This document shows, one piece after another, positions 31,017 through 40,511 of a stretch of 64,000 bases of DNA. Both the position numbers and the translations under genes were made by a program. This DNA is from Bdellovibrionales bacterium (GTDB taxonomy: Bacteria > Bdellovibrionota > UBA1018 > CAIMNF01). The notes beneath the pieces were generated by a model, which worked only from the letters and a program-made list of their open reading frames with translations, was not told the DNA's origin and made no database searches. Numbering within the stretch: position 1 is the stretch's first letter; each line of letters opens with the position of its first letter. The DNA lies in contig CANHQK010000001.1 of the NCBI GenBank assembly GCA_947462765.1, positions 10,580 to 74,579 on the forward strand. The letters are read 5' to 3'.

Positions 31017-31043
31017 AAATATTTGACGGTCACTGGGGGATCG

Positions 31044-33857
31044 TTAGCGTCCCGCGTCTGACCCGATCAGGATTTGTTGAGGTCGACACTCTGGCCCGGC
31101 GTCGATCTCAAGCTGACGAGTCCCGTTTTGATCGACCACCCGGTACTGAGTCTGTTGATTCAGGTCGAGTCTCGTCTTCACTTCGTCCAAGGCTGCTTCT
31201 TGGGCATTCTTGCCTTTGACGGTTTTACCCATGGCTTCATCCAACAAAGCTTGATCGTTTTTGCTGAAATCAGCCACTTTGGTTTTCTTGCGGCTCAGGT
31301 CATGCAGTTCGACGGTGCCTTTCTCGAGATCCCGCACGACGGCCATCCGTCCGTCTTGATAGGTTTCCACCACGACATTCGAATTTTTGCGCAGAGGGAG
31401 CTCGCGAACCTCACCTGCCCGTGTTTCGAATTGGATCGAATTCTTCTCGGGGATGATCGTGGTCTCCACAGCACGTGACTCGTGAATGCCATCGAGATGC
31501 ACCGGCTTCACCCGACCGCCTTTCGAAAGTTGGGATTTGGCCGCGACAGATGAGCCCGAGATCTCTCCGGTTTCCTTCAAGACCCTCAACGACTCGACTT
31601 CCTGTAATGCGATCTTGGTGGCCTCCTCACCTTTTCCAGACTGACGCAAATCCTGCATTCTGGCCGAAGCGGTGTGATTCAGTTCATCTCCTTCGGGTAT
31701 ACCCGCTTTCGATACCGGGCGGTTCCATTCAGGATCCTTCAGGTTCGTGATGGGATATCCCTTCTTTTGCCAGCGGGAGACCTCATCCGCACTCACTTGG
31801 GAGGCATCGAGGACTTCAATCGTTCCGGTTTCAGTGTTCTTGACGACGATCTCCCCTTCGTTTCCGACTTTGATGCCTTTGGCACTCAGACCGTTAGGAT
31901 CGAGAGGGACAGTCGCACGAGGGTGTTCTTTGGTCGTGAAGACCGCTCCGTCTTCACGGAGTTTCCCAAACTCTTCTGCACTGATGGTTTCGACCTTTCT
32001 TTCAACGACCGTGGACCCTTGTTTGATCACAACGGTTCCGTCAGATCCGATCGGGATACCGAGTGCATTGGTCCGGGTGGCATATTTCCCGGCCTTGAGC
32101 TCCTCGAAGGTTTTGGTCGGAACCCTCAGGATCAACTCACCCTCCGAGGAAATCTCATCGATCCGCACTCCCGCCCGTTTGAACTGGGCCAATTGTTCGG
32201 ACGGGATTTCAGATGCGGAGACTCTGAATACCTGGTTTCCGTTCTTGTCGACACGGGTTGCGCCTTCAGCGACCTTGGACTTCCCGCCCAAATCGACATA
32301 CATCCGAGCGATTTCGGTTTTGCTCATTCCGATTCCGGCTGTCCGGAATGAGTTCGCCGAGGCCATTGCCCCTTTTTGGAACACGACATTGTCGAACTCG
32401 ATGTAAGATTTCACAAGATTCTTCGCACCACGGAAAGGCGCGATGATTACTTTGCCAGGAACCGAATTCGCTCCCTTCACAGCGAGTGTCTTGACCCCGT
32501 CGAGTGCCCGGGAGTAATCGGGCTTCATGATGAGTTGGTAGGCTTTGGTGGATTTGAAATTTTTCCAGCCTTTCACAACGGTCCGTGAAATCGCCTTGGT
32601 CGACTTCACTGCCGTTTTTCCAGCCCACTTTACAGGCTTTTTGACAGTGTTACCGACGGTTTTCAGGACCTTGGATCCTGAGCCTCCCGCCTTGGGCAGC
32701 ACCTTTGCTGTTTTAGCGATCAGATCGGCCACCTTCGGTCCGAATTTGGTTACGGCGGTTTTCACGGCCGCATAACCGGCACCCATGGTGAAGGTGAAGC
32801 CGACCAGATCGGAAGCGACCCGCCCGCCGATCTCACACATCAGCTGTCCCTTTTGGGCGCAATTCATGCACTTTGATTCACGTTCGAATAGACCCACATA
32901 AACGAGTTCCTTCAAGAAGCCCAAAATTGCGTCGAATTTGCGTTTGAGCCAGCCACGCTTGTCTTTTTCGAAGGACTCCACTTCTTTTTTGTTGGCTTGG
33001 GATACGGCGTGAGCATTGCTGGAGGTCTTGTTCTCAGTCTTAACCCAGGCGTCCCAGAACAGCCACTTCACGCCTTGCTTGACCTTGTTGGCACACCATT
33101 TCAAACCTTCCCAGACGAGTTTTGCCAGTCCGGTGATCGCCTCCCAGATCCCCTTGATGAGGCCTTTGATCATGTTCATCGCACAGGATGCGGTGGATTT
33201 GGCCAGGTTTTGTTTCGGGCAACCGTCGTTGCCCCCGGTGAACGCGCTGACGAGCAAAGCCCCCATTCCCGCTGTGACTGCCGAGATGGCCGGTTTCCAC
33301 AGGCAGTAGGTGTTACAAGGCTCTTTCTTGAATCGGGCTTGAGCCTCCAGTGAACAGGACTCGCCCGGTGGAATGAACTCCTGTTCCGTTTTCTGGAGGG
33401 CTTGGGGAACCGAGCAATTGTCACACTGGGCGGTTTCGAGGTCGATGTCGTATTCAGCCACCAGCTCGTCCGCGACCCGGTTCATGTGGAAGAGTTTTTC
33501 GCGTTCCTGGGCGCAGTTCTTCACATTCATGTCAGCGTAGGCGACATCATCCGAGAGCATGAATGCGCGCTTCGGATCGATTTCCCCCGATCCGGTCAGA
33601 CACTGTTCAGAGAACATTTTGTTCTGGGCCATGGTCGAGGAGACATAGCGTTCCGCCTCAACCGCGGTATCGATCTGTTTTTCCTCAGCCGTTCGTTTCT
33701 CGCGGGACAGTTCGCGGTTTGCCATCCGCCCTCCCGTAGCGACGGTCGCTCCGGTGGTGATCAGATCTGTAACGGCCAGAGCGGGTTGCGCGACTGGACC
33801 GATGAGGAGTTCGAAACAGAGGATGCCGGCAAGGACCCGGGTGAATAAGGGGTTCAT
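31044..33857 (-). CDS. Large secreted protein of unknown function (937 aa): Cys-rich N-terminal part, Lys-rich linker, repetitive C-terminal half
   Basis: The ORF track starts at 33899. The ATG at 33857 (MNPLFTRVLAGILCFELLIGPVAQPALA, a signal peptide) forms an ATGA overlap with the upstream gene's stop. I recognise no family motif. Confidence 0.7.
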   Translation of the reverse strand: MNPLFTRVLAGILCFELLIGPVAQPALAVTDLITTGATVATGGRMANRELSREKRTAEEKQIDTAVEAERYVSSTMAQNKMFSEQCLTGSGEIDPKRAFMLSDDVAYADMNVKNCAQEREKLFHMNRVADELVAEYDIDLETAQCDNCSVPQALQKTEQEFIPPGESCSLEAQARFKKEPCNTYCLWKPAISAVTAGMGALLVSAFTGGNDGCPKQNLAKSTASCAMNMIKGLIKGIWEAITGLAKLVWEGLKWCANKVKQGVKWLFWDAWVKTENKTSSNAHAVSQANKKEVESFEKDKRGWLKRKFDAILGFLKELVYVGLFERESKCMNCAQKGQLMCEIGGRVASDLVGFTFTMGAGYAAVKTAVTKFGPKVADLIAKTAKVLPKAGGSGSKVLKTVGNTVKKPVKWAGKTAVKSTKAISRTVVKGWKNFKSTKAYQLIMKPDYSRALDGVKTLAVKGANSVPGKVIIAPFRGAKNLVKSYIEFDNVVFQKGAMASANSFRTAGIGMSKTEIARMYVDLGGKSKVAEGATRVDKNGNQVFRVSASEIPSEQLAQFKRAGVRIDEISSEGELILRVPTKTFEELKAGKYATRTNALGIPIGSDGTVVIKQGSTVVERKVETISAEEFGKLREDGAVFTTKEHPRATVPLDPNGLSAKGIKVGNEGEIVVKNTETGTIEVLDASQVSADEVSRWQKKGYPITNLKDPEWNRPVSKAGIPEGDELNHTASARMQDLRQSGKGEEATKIALQEVESLRVLKETGEISGSSVAAKSQLSKGGRVKPVHLDGIHESRAVETTIIPEKNSIQFETRAGEVRELPLRKNSNVVVETYQDGRMAVVRDLEKGTVELHDLSRKKTKVADFSKNDQALLDEAMGKTVKGKNAQEAALDEVKTRLDLNQQTQYRVVDQNGTRQLEIDAGPECRPQQILIGSDAGR

Positions 33858-34438
33858 TGTTTTTTCTCCCGGGATTTCTGGGCCACGGTTTTGGTGCATT
33901 TGAGAGTTTTCAGGGTTTCATCGACAATTTTATTGTCCGTTTTTTCCTGGTCAGTCGGGACCAAGGATTTGACGTGGTAGAGTCGACGACCGTTGCAAAG
34001 GATGAAAATCGAACGCTCGTAGAATTTTCCGGTGGGCAGGGAGTAGTGATAGCCGAGGGTGTGCGCCTCTTCGATGCCTTCCCACTTGGTTTTCTGATAG
34101 GAGTCGTAGGAGATGGACTTGCCGTCGAATTGCTCGAGCCAGGCTTCCCGGCCCGCAATGTAGGCCTTGATGTCTTTGTCACCTTGATCGAATACCTTCT
34201 CATCGTCCGACGCTCCGGCGGGCGTGATCCCGATCACCGTGCGCCGACCTTCCGCAGTATCGGGTCCGATCAGAGAAACAGGAAAACCGTAGAAATCGAG
34301 AGGACTTTGCCAGTCTTTCGGAACATCGATGGTGAATCGATCCTCTCCGATTTTGAATTCTTTGATGGCAGCATCCGCTTCAGTGATCGGAAAAATAGCG
34401 AAGACGTAGGCAAACAATAGGGTCTTGAGAAGAAACAT
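33854..34438 (-). CDS. Small secreted protein of unknown function (194 aa)
   Basis: Signal peptide MFLLKTLLFAYVFAIFPITEADA. The rest is soluble and beta-rich, with a basic tail. Translationally coupled to the 937-aa gene. Confidence 0.7.
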   Translation of the reverse strand: MFLLKTLLFAYVFAIFPITEADAAIKEFKIGEDRFTIDVPKDWQSPLDFYGFPVSLIGPDTAEGRRTVIGITPAGASDDEKVFDQGDKDIKAYIAGREAWLEQFDGKSISYDSYQKTKWEGIEEAHTLGYHYSLPTGKFYERSIFILCNGRRLYHVKSLVPTDQEKTDNKIVDETLKTLKCTKTVAQKSREKKQ

Positions 34439-34523
34439 GATTTTTGGGCATCCTTTCCCGGAAATCTCTCATTCTAGGATGCGGTCAATCAGTCCGGTTT
34501 TCAAGCCGTCAAAGTATTGGAGT

Positions 34524-35951
34524 TCAGAGCTGTTCCCGAATGGTCTCGATATTTTTGCGCAGTTCGGGGTCAGTCTCGATTTCAGCTTCTATTTTCTGGT
34601 GAGCATGCACCGCTGTGGAGTGATCTTTGCCAAAAATTTGACCAATTTCCCTGAACCCGAGGTTGGTGTACCGGCGGATCAGAAACATGGCAATCTGGCG
34701 CGGGAGGGAGAAGTTCTTTGCCCGGGAAACGCCTTTCAGATCCTTGATCTTCAAGTTGAAGTGCTTGGAGACGGCACTCATGATCATGTCGACCGTGTAT
34801 TCCTGGCCTTCTTCGGGAATCGAGCTCTGCAGCACCTGTTTGGCGAGTTCCAAGGTGATCTCGGAGCCGGTCAGGGATGCGTACTGCTGGAGTTTCACCA
34901 AGGCGCCCCGGAGGCTTCTGGCGGTGTCCCGCACGTAGGTTCCGATGAAAGTGGCCACTTCGTCCGGAAGATAGATGTCATCGGACTCGGCCATGGCTCT
35001 CAGGATCGCGATCCGGGTTTCGATCTCCGGTGTCCGGATGTCGGCGACAAGCCCCATCTCGAACCTCGTACGAATCCGTTCTTCTAGTCCGTCGATGTCC
35101 TTCGGGGCCTGGTCCGAAGTGAGGACGATCATCTTTTTCATGTTCACCAGCGTATTGAAGGTGTGGATGAACTCTTCTTCCGAACGGTCCTTCCCGACGA
35201 TGAACTGGACGTCGTCAATCAATAGGAGGTCGACGTTTTCCCGGTATTTCGAGCGGAATGCGCCCGGTTGTTTGTGCTGCAGGCTTTCAATGAACTCATT
35301 GACGAAGGCCTCAGCGGAAATGAAATAGGCACGCAGGTGAGGGTTCCGCTTCTTGATGTGATTTGCAATCGCATGGAGCAAGTGCGTTTTTCCCACAGCA
35401 GGGGGACCATAGATGAAAAGGGGGTTGAATTGAATCGCCGGGTTCTCGGCTGTCGAAAAGGCAGAAGCGTAGGCGAATTGGTTGGAGGGGCCAACGATGT
35501 AATTATCGAAAGTGAGGGTCGAATCGACGTTGTCCTGAATGGGATGGTTCCTGTGGTCTTTTTGTGGGGCCTGCGAAGAAGAGACCGGGCTCCGGTCGAT
35601 TTCGCCAGCCGATGGAGGTGCAAGGGGGTCCCGATCCGGGGAGACGGACGGCAGGGAAGCGGATTCGGCTCCGTCCGGGGCAGGGCCTTCCCGGCTCACC
35701 TCGAGTAAAAGCTCGCAGACCTCCCCGAGTATTTTCCCTGCGGCGATTTCGATGTCCTGTTTGAAGGTGGTTTCGATGAACTTCAGGTAGTAGTTGTTCG
35801 GCGCAGTCAGGCAAACGCGGACCTTCCCGGGGCCTAAACGCTCGGCTTTACCCCAGCTTAATGCGTCGAGCCAGAACTTGACGGCATTGGCATCGGGGTG
35901 GTCTTTCAAGATCTGGCTATAGGTGCTGGCCCAGAGGTTCTGCTGATTCAT
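34524..35951 (-). CDS. dnaA: Chromosomal replication initiator DnaA
   Basis: 475 aa. Walker A GPPAVGKTHLLHAI, Walker B LLIDDVQF, and the C-terminal DNA-binding domain ...GKDHSTAVHAHQKIE. Confidence 0.97.
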   Translation of the reverse strand: MNQQNLWASTYSQILKDHPDANAVKFWLDALSWGKAERLGPGKVRVCLTAPNNYYLKFIETTFKQDIEIAAGKILGEVCELLLEVSREGPAPDGAESASLPSVSPDRDPLAPPSAGEIDRSPVSSSQAPQKDHRNHPIQDNVDSTLTFDNYIVGPSNQFAYASAFSTAENPAIQFNPLFIYGPPAVGKTHLLHAIANHIKKRNPHLRAYFISAEAFVNEFIESLQHKQPGAFRSKYRENVDLLLIDDVQFIVGKDRSEEEFIHTFNTLVNMKKMIVLTSDQAPKDIDGLEERIRTRFEMGLVADIRTPEIETRIAILRAMAESDDIYLPDEVATFIGTYVRDTARSLRGALVKLQQYASLTGSEITLELAKQVLQSSIPEEGQEYTVDMIMSAVSKHFNLKIKDLKGVSRAKNFSLPRQIAMFLIRRYTNLGFREIGQIFGKDHSTAVHAHQKIEAEIETDPELRKNIETIREQL

Positions 35952-36033
35952 CGAGTAATTCCTGTGAAAATCGGGGAAGGAGGAGGGTTAACATGAAGTC
36001 TGCCGGCTGACAATGCCCTGGTGGATAGCTTGG

Positions 36034-36062
36034 TTGACAAGTCGTGTTTGCTTCTGTACAAC
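36034..36062 (+). promoter_or_regulatory. Candidate sigma70-type promoter of rpmH
   Basis: TTGACA (36034-36039), a 17-nt spacer, then TACAAC (36057-36062). An AAGGA Shine-Dalgarno lies about 9 nt before the rpmH ATG. A DnaA-box-like GGTGGATAG lies at 36020-36028, just upstream. Confidence 0.4.
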
Positions 36063-36099
36063 TGTTGCTCAACAAATTTTGGCCAAAGGAATCTGAAGT

Positions 36100-36249
36100 A
36101 TGAAACGCACTTTCCAACCTTCCCGCAAAAAGAGAACGAAGACCCACGGCTTCCGCTCACGCATGGCTACGGCAAATGGACAAAAGGTCCTGAACAAGCG
36201 CCGCGCCAAGGGCCGCAAGCGCCTCGTTCCGACCGTCGCTTCGAAGTGA
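36100..36249 (+). CDS. rpmH: 50S ribosomal protein L34
   Basis: Below the ORF-track size cut-off. My translation is [49 protein letters not shown]. It is followed by rnpA. Confidence 0.95.
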   Translation: MKRTFQPSRKKRTKTHGFRSRMATANGQKVLNKRRAKGRKRLVPTVASK

Positions 36250-36268
36250 TTCTGAAGCCCGATCACGG

Positions 36269-36607
36269 ATGGATTTTCCCAAAACCGCGCGGGTTCGCTT
36301 CCGCTCCGAGTATTTGAAGTTCTTCGAGGGCAGCGAAGTCAGGCGCCTCGGGGTCTGCACTCTTTTCCGTCTTGCCGGAGCCGGCTCCGGTGCCAGGCTT
36401 GGGATTACCGTCAAGGCCAGGGTGAATAGCGTTCAGCGCAACCGGCTCAAGCGGCAAATCCGAGAGAGCTTTCGTTTGAACCGCTCCAGACTTCCGGTAG
36501 CGGACTATAATATCGTCGTCCCTGGCGGAGTACGCGTGGGCTACAAGACCGCCCGGATCTTGAGAAGCCAGCTCGACACGGCTTGGTCCCATGCGAATCC
36601 TTTTTGA
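36269..36607 (+). CDS. rnpA: Ribonuclease P protein component
   Basis: 112 aa and basic. Contains [27 protein letters not shown]. It sits in the conserved rpmH-rnpA-yidD-yidC context. Confidence 0.85.
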   Translation: MDFPKTARVRFRSEYLKFFEGSEVRRLGVCTLFRLAGAGSGARLGITVKARVNSVQRNRLKRQIRESFRLNRSRLPVADYNIVVPGGVRVGYKTARILRSQLDTAWSHANPF

Positions 36608-36821
36608 TTTTTACCGCAGGGTGCTGTCTCCCGTCCTTCATTCTTTTTCCAAAATCCTTGGCGGAAACCCCTATTCCGGATGTAAGTTCTACCCCACATG
36701 TTCCGAATACAGTGAAGAGGCCCTGCGCAAGCATGGACTCCTGAGGGGCGGGTGGAAATCCCTTCTCAGGATCTGTCGCTGCCATCCCTTTTCCAAATCA
36801 GGAGGCTATGATCCCGTATGA
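36591..36821 (+). CDS. yidD: Membrane protein insertion efficiency factor YidD
   Basis: 76 aa with [15 protein letters not shown]...[13 protein letters not shown]. Confidence 0.9.
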   Translation: MRILFDFYRRVLSPVLHSFSKILGGNPYSGCKFYPTCSEYSEEALRKHGLLRGGWKSLLRICRCHPFSKSGGYDPV

Positions 36822-38236
36822 AAACCACCTTGTTCGCCCTCGTCCTTGCCGGAATTTCCGGATCCATTGCCCGTGCAGACGTTCAGACACTTCTTCTTCC
36901 CGGTTCCAAGGTCGTTCTGGATGAGGGGCCCGGTTGGGTCCAGTCCTGGGGCTTGAAAGAGCCTTCCGGAATCGATCTTGCCACGGTGACCGATGCCTCG
37001 AACGCCTTTCTCGGAATGAGTTTCTCCGGTCAGGATTTCGGTTATTTGATGACCCAGAGAGCGCAGAAGCTCACGGCACTTCCGGATGGATCATATGAAT
37101 GGTCTCTCTCGGATAACAAGGTGGACTACCGTAGGATTTACAAGGTCGACGGCGAAACCCTCGTCATCGAAGTCCGGATGAAGTTCAAAGAGAAAGCGCC
37201 TGATTGGGCATTCGTGAACCTTGCCAGTCGCGGTCTCAAAGACGAACATGAGCGCGCCCGTCAGGAGATGCTCCATTTCACTGAAGGAGAGATCGCCCGC
37301 GAGACACTCGACGAGAAGATCAGTCCTTATGAGGTGAAGACCCCGGTGAAGTGGTTCGGAGCCGGGAGCCATTATTTTGTTCTGGCGGTTTTCCCGGAGG
37401 GGATTTCAGGCGAAAAGCTCGAAGTCAAACCTGCTGACACCTGGACTGCCCAGTCATCCCTCCACATTCCGGTGAAGAACCAGGAGTTGAATGCCCGGTT
37501 CAAAGTCGCCTTCGCCCCGAAGCGGCTGGATGTCCTCCGTGGTATCGATAAGAGCCTCGACACCACGCTGAATCTCGGATTTTTCACCATGATCGCTTAT
37601 CCGATCCTCTGGTTGCTCAAGTTCATTTACAAGTACACGGGTAACTATGGCTGGGCCATCATCCTTCTGACTCTGATTGTGAAACTCCTGACCTTCCCGC
37701 TCGTGGTGAAGAGCATGAAGGGAATGCGGAAGATGGCCGAATTCCAGCCCAGGATGAAGGCGCTTCAGGAAAAGTACAAGGACGACAAGGCCCGGCTCAA
37801 TGTCGAAATGATGCAGTTGATGAAGACCTCGGGCTACAATCCAATGGCGGGATGCCTGCCGATGCTGCTCCAGATGCCGATTTTCTTCGCGCTCTATTCG
37901 GTTCTCGATTCTGCTGAAGAGCTGTATCGCGCACCTTTCGCACTTTGGATCCAGGATCTTTCCGCGAAGGATCCCCTCTGGATCACGCCTGTGTTGATGT
38001 CGATCGTGATGTTCATCCAGCAGAAGCTGACACCGCCGTCTCCCGGTATGGACCCGGCCCAGCAGAAAATGATGACCTTCATGCCGCTCATCTTCGGCGC
38101 CTTCATGCTCACGACTCCGGCAGGACTTTGTGTGTACATGCTGGTGAATGCCGTTTTCAGTGTGATTCAACAGCAATACCTCAACAAGAAGCTGGGAGTT
38201 CCGGGGCATGCAGCCAACATGGCCAGCAGCTTCTGA
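36818..38236 (+). CDS. yidC: Membrane protein insertase YidC
   Basis: 472 aa. A periplasmic domain is followed by [18 protein letters not shown]...MQLMK...[20 protein letters not shown]. Confidence 0.93.
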   Translation: MKTTLFALVLAGISGSIARADVQTLLLPGSKVVLDEGPGWVQSWGLKEPSGIDLATVTDASNAFLGMSFSGQDFGYLMTQRAQKLTALPDGSYEWSLSDNKVDYRRIYKVDGETLVIEVRMKFKEKAPDWAFVNLASRGLKDEHERARQEMLHFTEGEIARETLDEKISPYEVKTPVKWFGAGSHYFVLAVFPEGISGEKLEVKPADTWTAQSSLHIPVKNQELNARFKVAFAPKRLDVLRGIDKSLDTTLNLGFFTMIAYPILWLLKFIYKYTGNYGWAIILLTLIVKLLTFPLVVKSMKGMRKMAEFQPRMKALQEKYKDDKARLNVEMMQLMKTSGYNPMAGCLPMLLQMPIFFALYSVLDSAEELYRAPFALWIQDLSAKDPLWITPVLMSIVMFIQQKLTPPSPGMDPAQQKMMTFMPLIFGAFMLTTPAGLCVYMLVNAVFSVIQQQYLNKKLGVPGHAANMASSF

Positions 38237-39644
38237 TGCCACACAGGCCGATCCATCAGGGTACCTTTCTGAAAGGACCATTGCGGCACCTTGTACTCCT
38301 CCCGGAGGTGCGATCGGAGTTTTGAGAGTTTCCGGTTCGGAAGCGCTCAAGATCGGCTCGGTATTGACCGGCCGCGAGCTCAGGCGCGAGGATGACCGTA
38401 GAGCCTTGTTTTCCAGGCTCAGGCAGGAATCGGGTCAGGTGCTGGATGAAGCGGTGGTGACGCCTTATTTCGGACCGAGATCTTACACAGGAGAGGATTC
38501 GCTCGAAATCGCCGTTCATGGCAGTCCCCGCATCATGGAGCGCGTTCTCGATGCCGTATTTTCGCTCGGTGCACGTTTGGCACTCCCCGGGGAGTTTTCA
38601 TTTCGTGCAGTGAAGAACGGGAAGATGTCTTTATCTCAAGCGGAAGCGGTCAGGGAACTGGTGGCTGCGGAGAATGATTTCGCTCTCGAGCTCGCACTCG
38701 AGAAACTCTCCGGCAGTCAACACCGCCTCGTCGCGGGGATCCGTGATGATCTCATGCAACTGTGTGTGCTTTCCGAGCTTGGGATCGATTTCGCCGATCA
38801 GGATGTCGATGAGGTCTCTCTTCCGCGCTTGAAGGGTCGCTTGTCGGCATTGAGGGAGATGCTGACGGAGCTGGTCGGAAGTTTTGATCGGGGAAGCAAG
38901 CTGGCCGAGGGTGTTCCGGTGACCATTTTCGGATTGCCGAACGCTGGAAAAAGCTCGTTTTTCAATTCTCTTCTTGGAGAGGACCGGTCCATCGTTTCTC
39001 AGGTCGCAGGGACCACGCGTGATGTGATCCGTGAGAGACTCAACCTTCGCTCAGCCGGGAAGACGGTGACGCTCCGTCTTTCGGATACGGCCGGACTCCG
39101 TGCCGAAGCCGATCAGATCGAAGCGATCGGGATGGAGCGTACCTTGAAGTCCGCGGTCGAGTCGGATCTTCTGGTGGTCGTGATCGATGGCGCCGAACCC
39201 GCTTGGCAGAGCCTTCTTCCTTATCTTTCGCGTATCGACGTCGAAGCAAAAGAGTGCCTTTTCGTTCTTTCGAAATCGGACTTGATGACACCAGCGGAGC
39301 GGTTGCGGCTGAGCGACGAGGTTCGCGCTCGATTCGGAGCGGAGGGTCTCTGGGTTTCCAGTGTGACCCATGAGGGTGTGGTCGCGGTGGCCGAGGCCTT
39401 GGCTGCTGCCGCCATCCGGAGGATCGATCGGGGAAGCAACGAGGTCGTTCTGACCCGTGTTGAGCATGTGCGTGCGGTCGAGGGGGCGATCCGGTGCCTG
39501 GATCGCGCGCGTGACGCCTCGGATCTGGTGCTGTTCGCCACCGATGTCCGGCATGGAATGAGTGAGCTCGGTCCGCTCATCGGTGAGACGCTCCCGGATG
39601 ATATCTTGGGCAAGATTTTTTCAGATTTTTGCATTGGTAAGTGA
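38208..39644 (+). CDS. mnmE: tRNA modification GTPase MnmE
   Basis: 478 aa. G1 motif GLPNAGKSSFFNSL, DTAG, and the C-terminal FCIGK motif. The exact start is uncertain because it overlaps yidC by 29 nt. Confidence 0.92.
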   Translation: MQPTWPAASDATQADPSGYLSERTIAAPCTPPGGAIGVLRVSGSEALKIGSVLTGRELRREDDRRALFSRLRQESGQVLDEAVVTPYFGPRSYTGEDSLEIAVHGSPRIMERVLDAVFSLGARLALPGEFSFRAVKNGKMSLSQAEAVRELVAAENDFALELALEKLSGSQHRLVAGIRDDLMQLCVLSELGIDFADQDVDEVSLPRLKGRLSALREMLTELVGSFDRGSKLAEGVPVTIFGLPNAGKSSFFNSLLGEDRSIVSQVAGTTRDVIRERLNLRSAGKTVTLRLSDTAGLRAEADQIEAIGMERTLKSAVESDLLVVVIDGAEPAWQSLLPYLSRIDVEAKECLFVLSKSDLMTPAERLRLSDEVRARFGAEGLWVSSVTHEGVVAVAEALAAAAIRRIDRGSNEVVLTRVEHVRAVEGAIRCLDRARDASDLVLFATDVRHGMSELGPLIGETLPDDILGKIFSDFCIGK

Positions 39645-39659
39645 ACGAAGGAGGATCAA

Positions 39660-40511
39660 ATGGAGATGAAATGTTTAGCGGTGATCGGAGCCGGGCAGAT
39701 GGGTCAGGGAATTGCCCAGACCGCTGCTCAATCCGGATTCAGCGTTTGTTTGGCGGATGTGAACCTTGAGGCCGCGGAGCGCGGGGTTTCCAAGATCAGC
39801 GCCCAGCTGACCAGGCAGGTGGAAAAGCAGAAAATGACCGCCGCTCAGGCAGAAGCCGTGATGGGCAATTTGAAAGCGGTCGGAAGTTTGTCTGAACTCG
39901 GGAACTGCGATCTGATCATCGAAGCGGTTTCGGAGAGTGTGGAACTCAAGAAAAAGATCTGGGCCGAAGTGGATCGGGTGGCCAAGCCGGGAGCCCTCTT
40001 CGCTTCGAACACCTCGTCGATCAGCATCACCGAGCTTGCTGCGGCAACGAAGCGGCCGGAAAGCTTTGCCGGGATGCACTTTATGAATCCTGTTCCGGTG
40101 ATGAAGTTGGTGGAGGGGATCCGCGGGATCCAGACATCCGATTCGACTTTCCAGAGGATCCGCGCCACCGCTGAGAAAATGGGCAAAACTTTCGTGGAAG
40201 CCCGTGACATGCCGGGCTTCGCGGTGAACCGGATCCTGATGCCCATGATCAATGAGGCGGTATATGCGCTTTATGAGGGCATCGCGAGCGTGGAGGACAT
40301 TGATACTGCGATGAAGCTCGGGACCAACCAACCCATGGGGCCCTTGACCCTTGCTGATTTCATCGGGCTTGATACCTGCCTGGCCATCATGGAAGTGTTG
40401 CACGAAGGACTGGGTGATACGAAGTACCGGCCTTGTCCGCTCCTCCGGCAATATGTGACAGCGGGGTGGTACGGGAAGAAAACCGGAAGGGGCTTTTACA
40501 GATATGAGTGA
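39660..40511 (+). CDS. 3-hydroxyacyl/3-hydroxybutyryl-CoA dehydrogenase
   Basis: 283 aa. Rossmann motif VIGAGQMGQGIA, plus FMNPVPVMKLVE and PGFAVNRIL. Confidence 0.88.
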   Translation: MEMKCLAVIGAGQMGQGIAQTAAQSGFSVCLADVNLEAAERGVSKISAQLTRQVEKQKMTAAQAEAVMGNLKAVGSLSELGNCDLIIEAVSESVELKKKIWAEVDRVAKPGALFASNTSSISITELAAATKRPESFAGMHFMNPVPVMKLVEGIRGIQTSDSTFQRIRATAEKMGKTFVEARDMPGFAVNRILMPMINEAVYALYEGIASVEDIDTAMKLGTNQPMGPLTLADFIGLDTCLAIMEVLHEGLGDTKYRPCPLLRQYVTAGWYGKKTGRGFYRYE

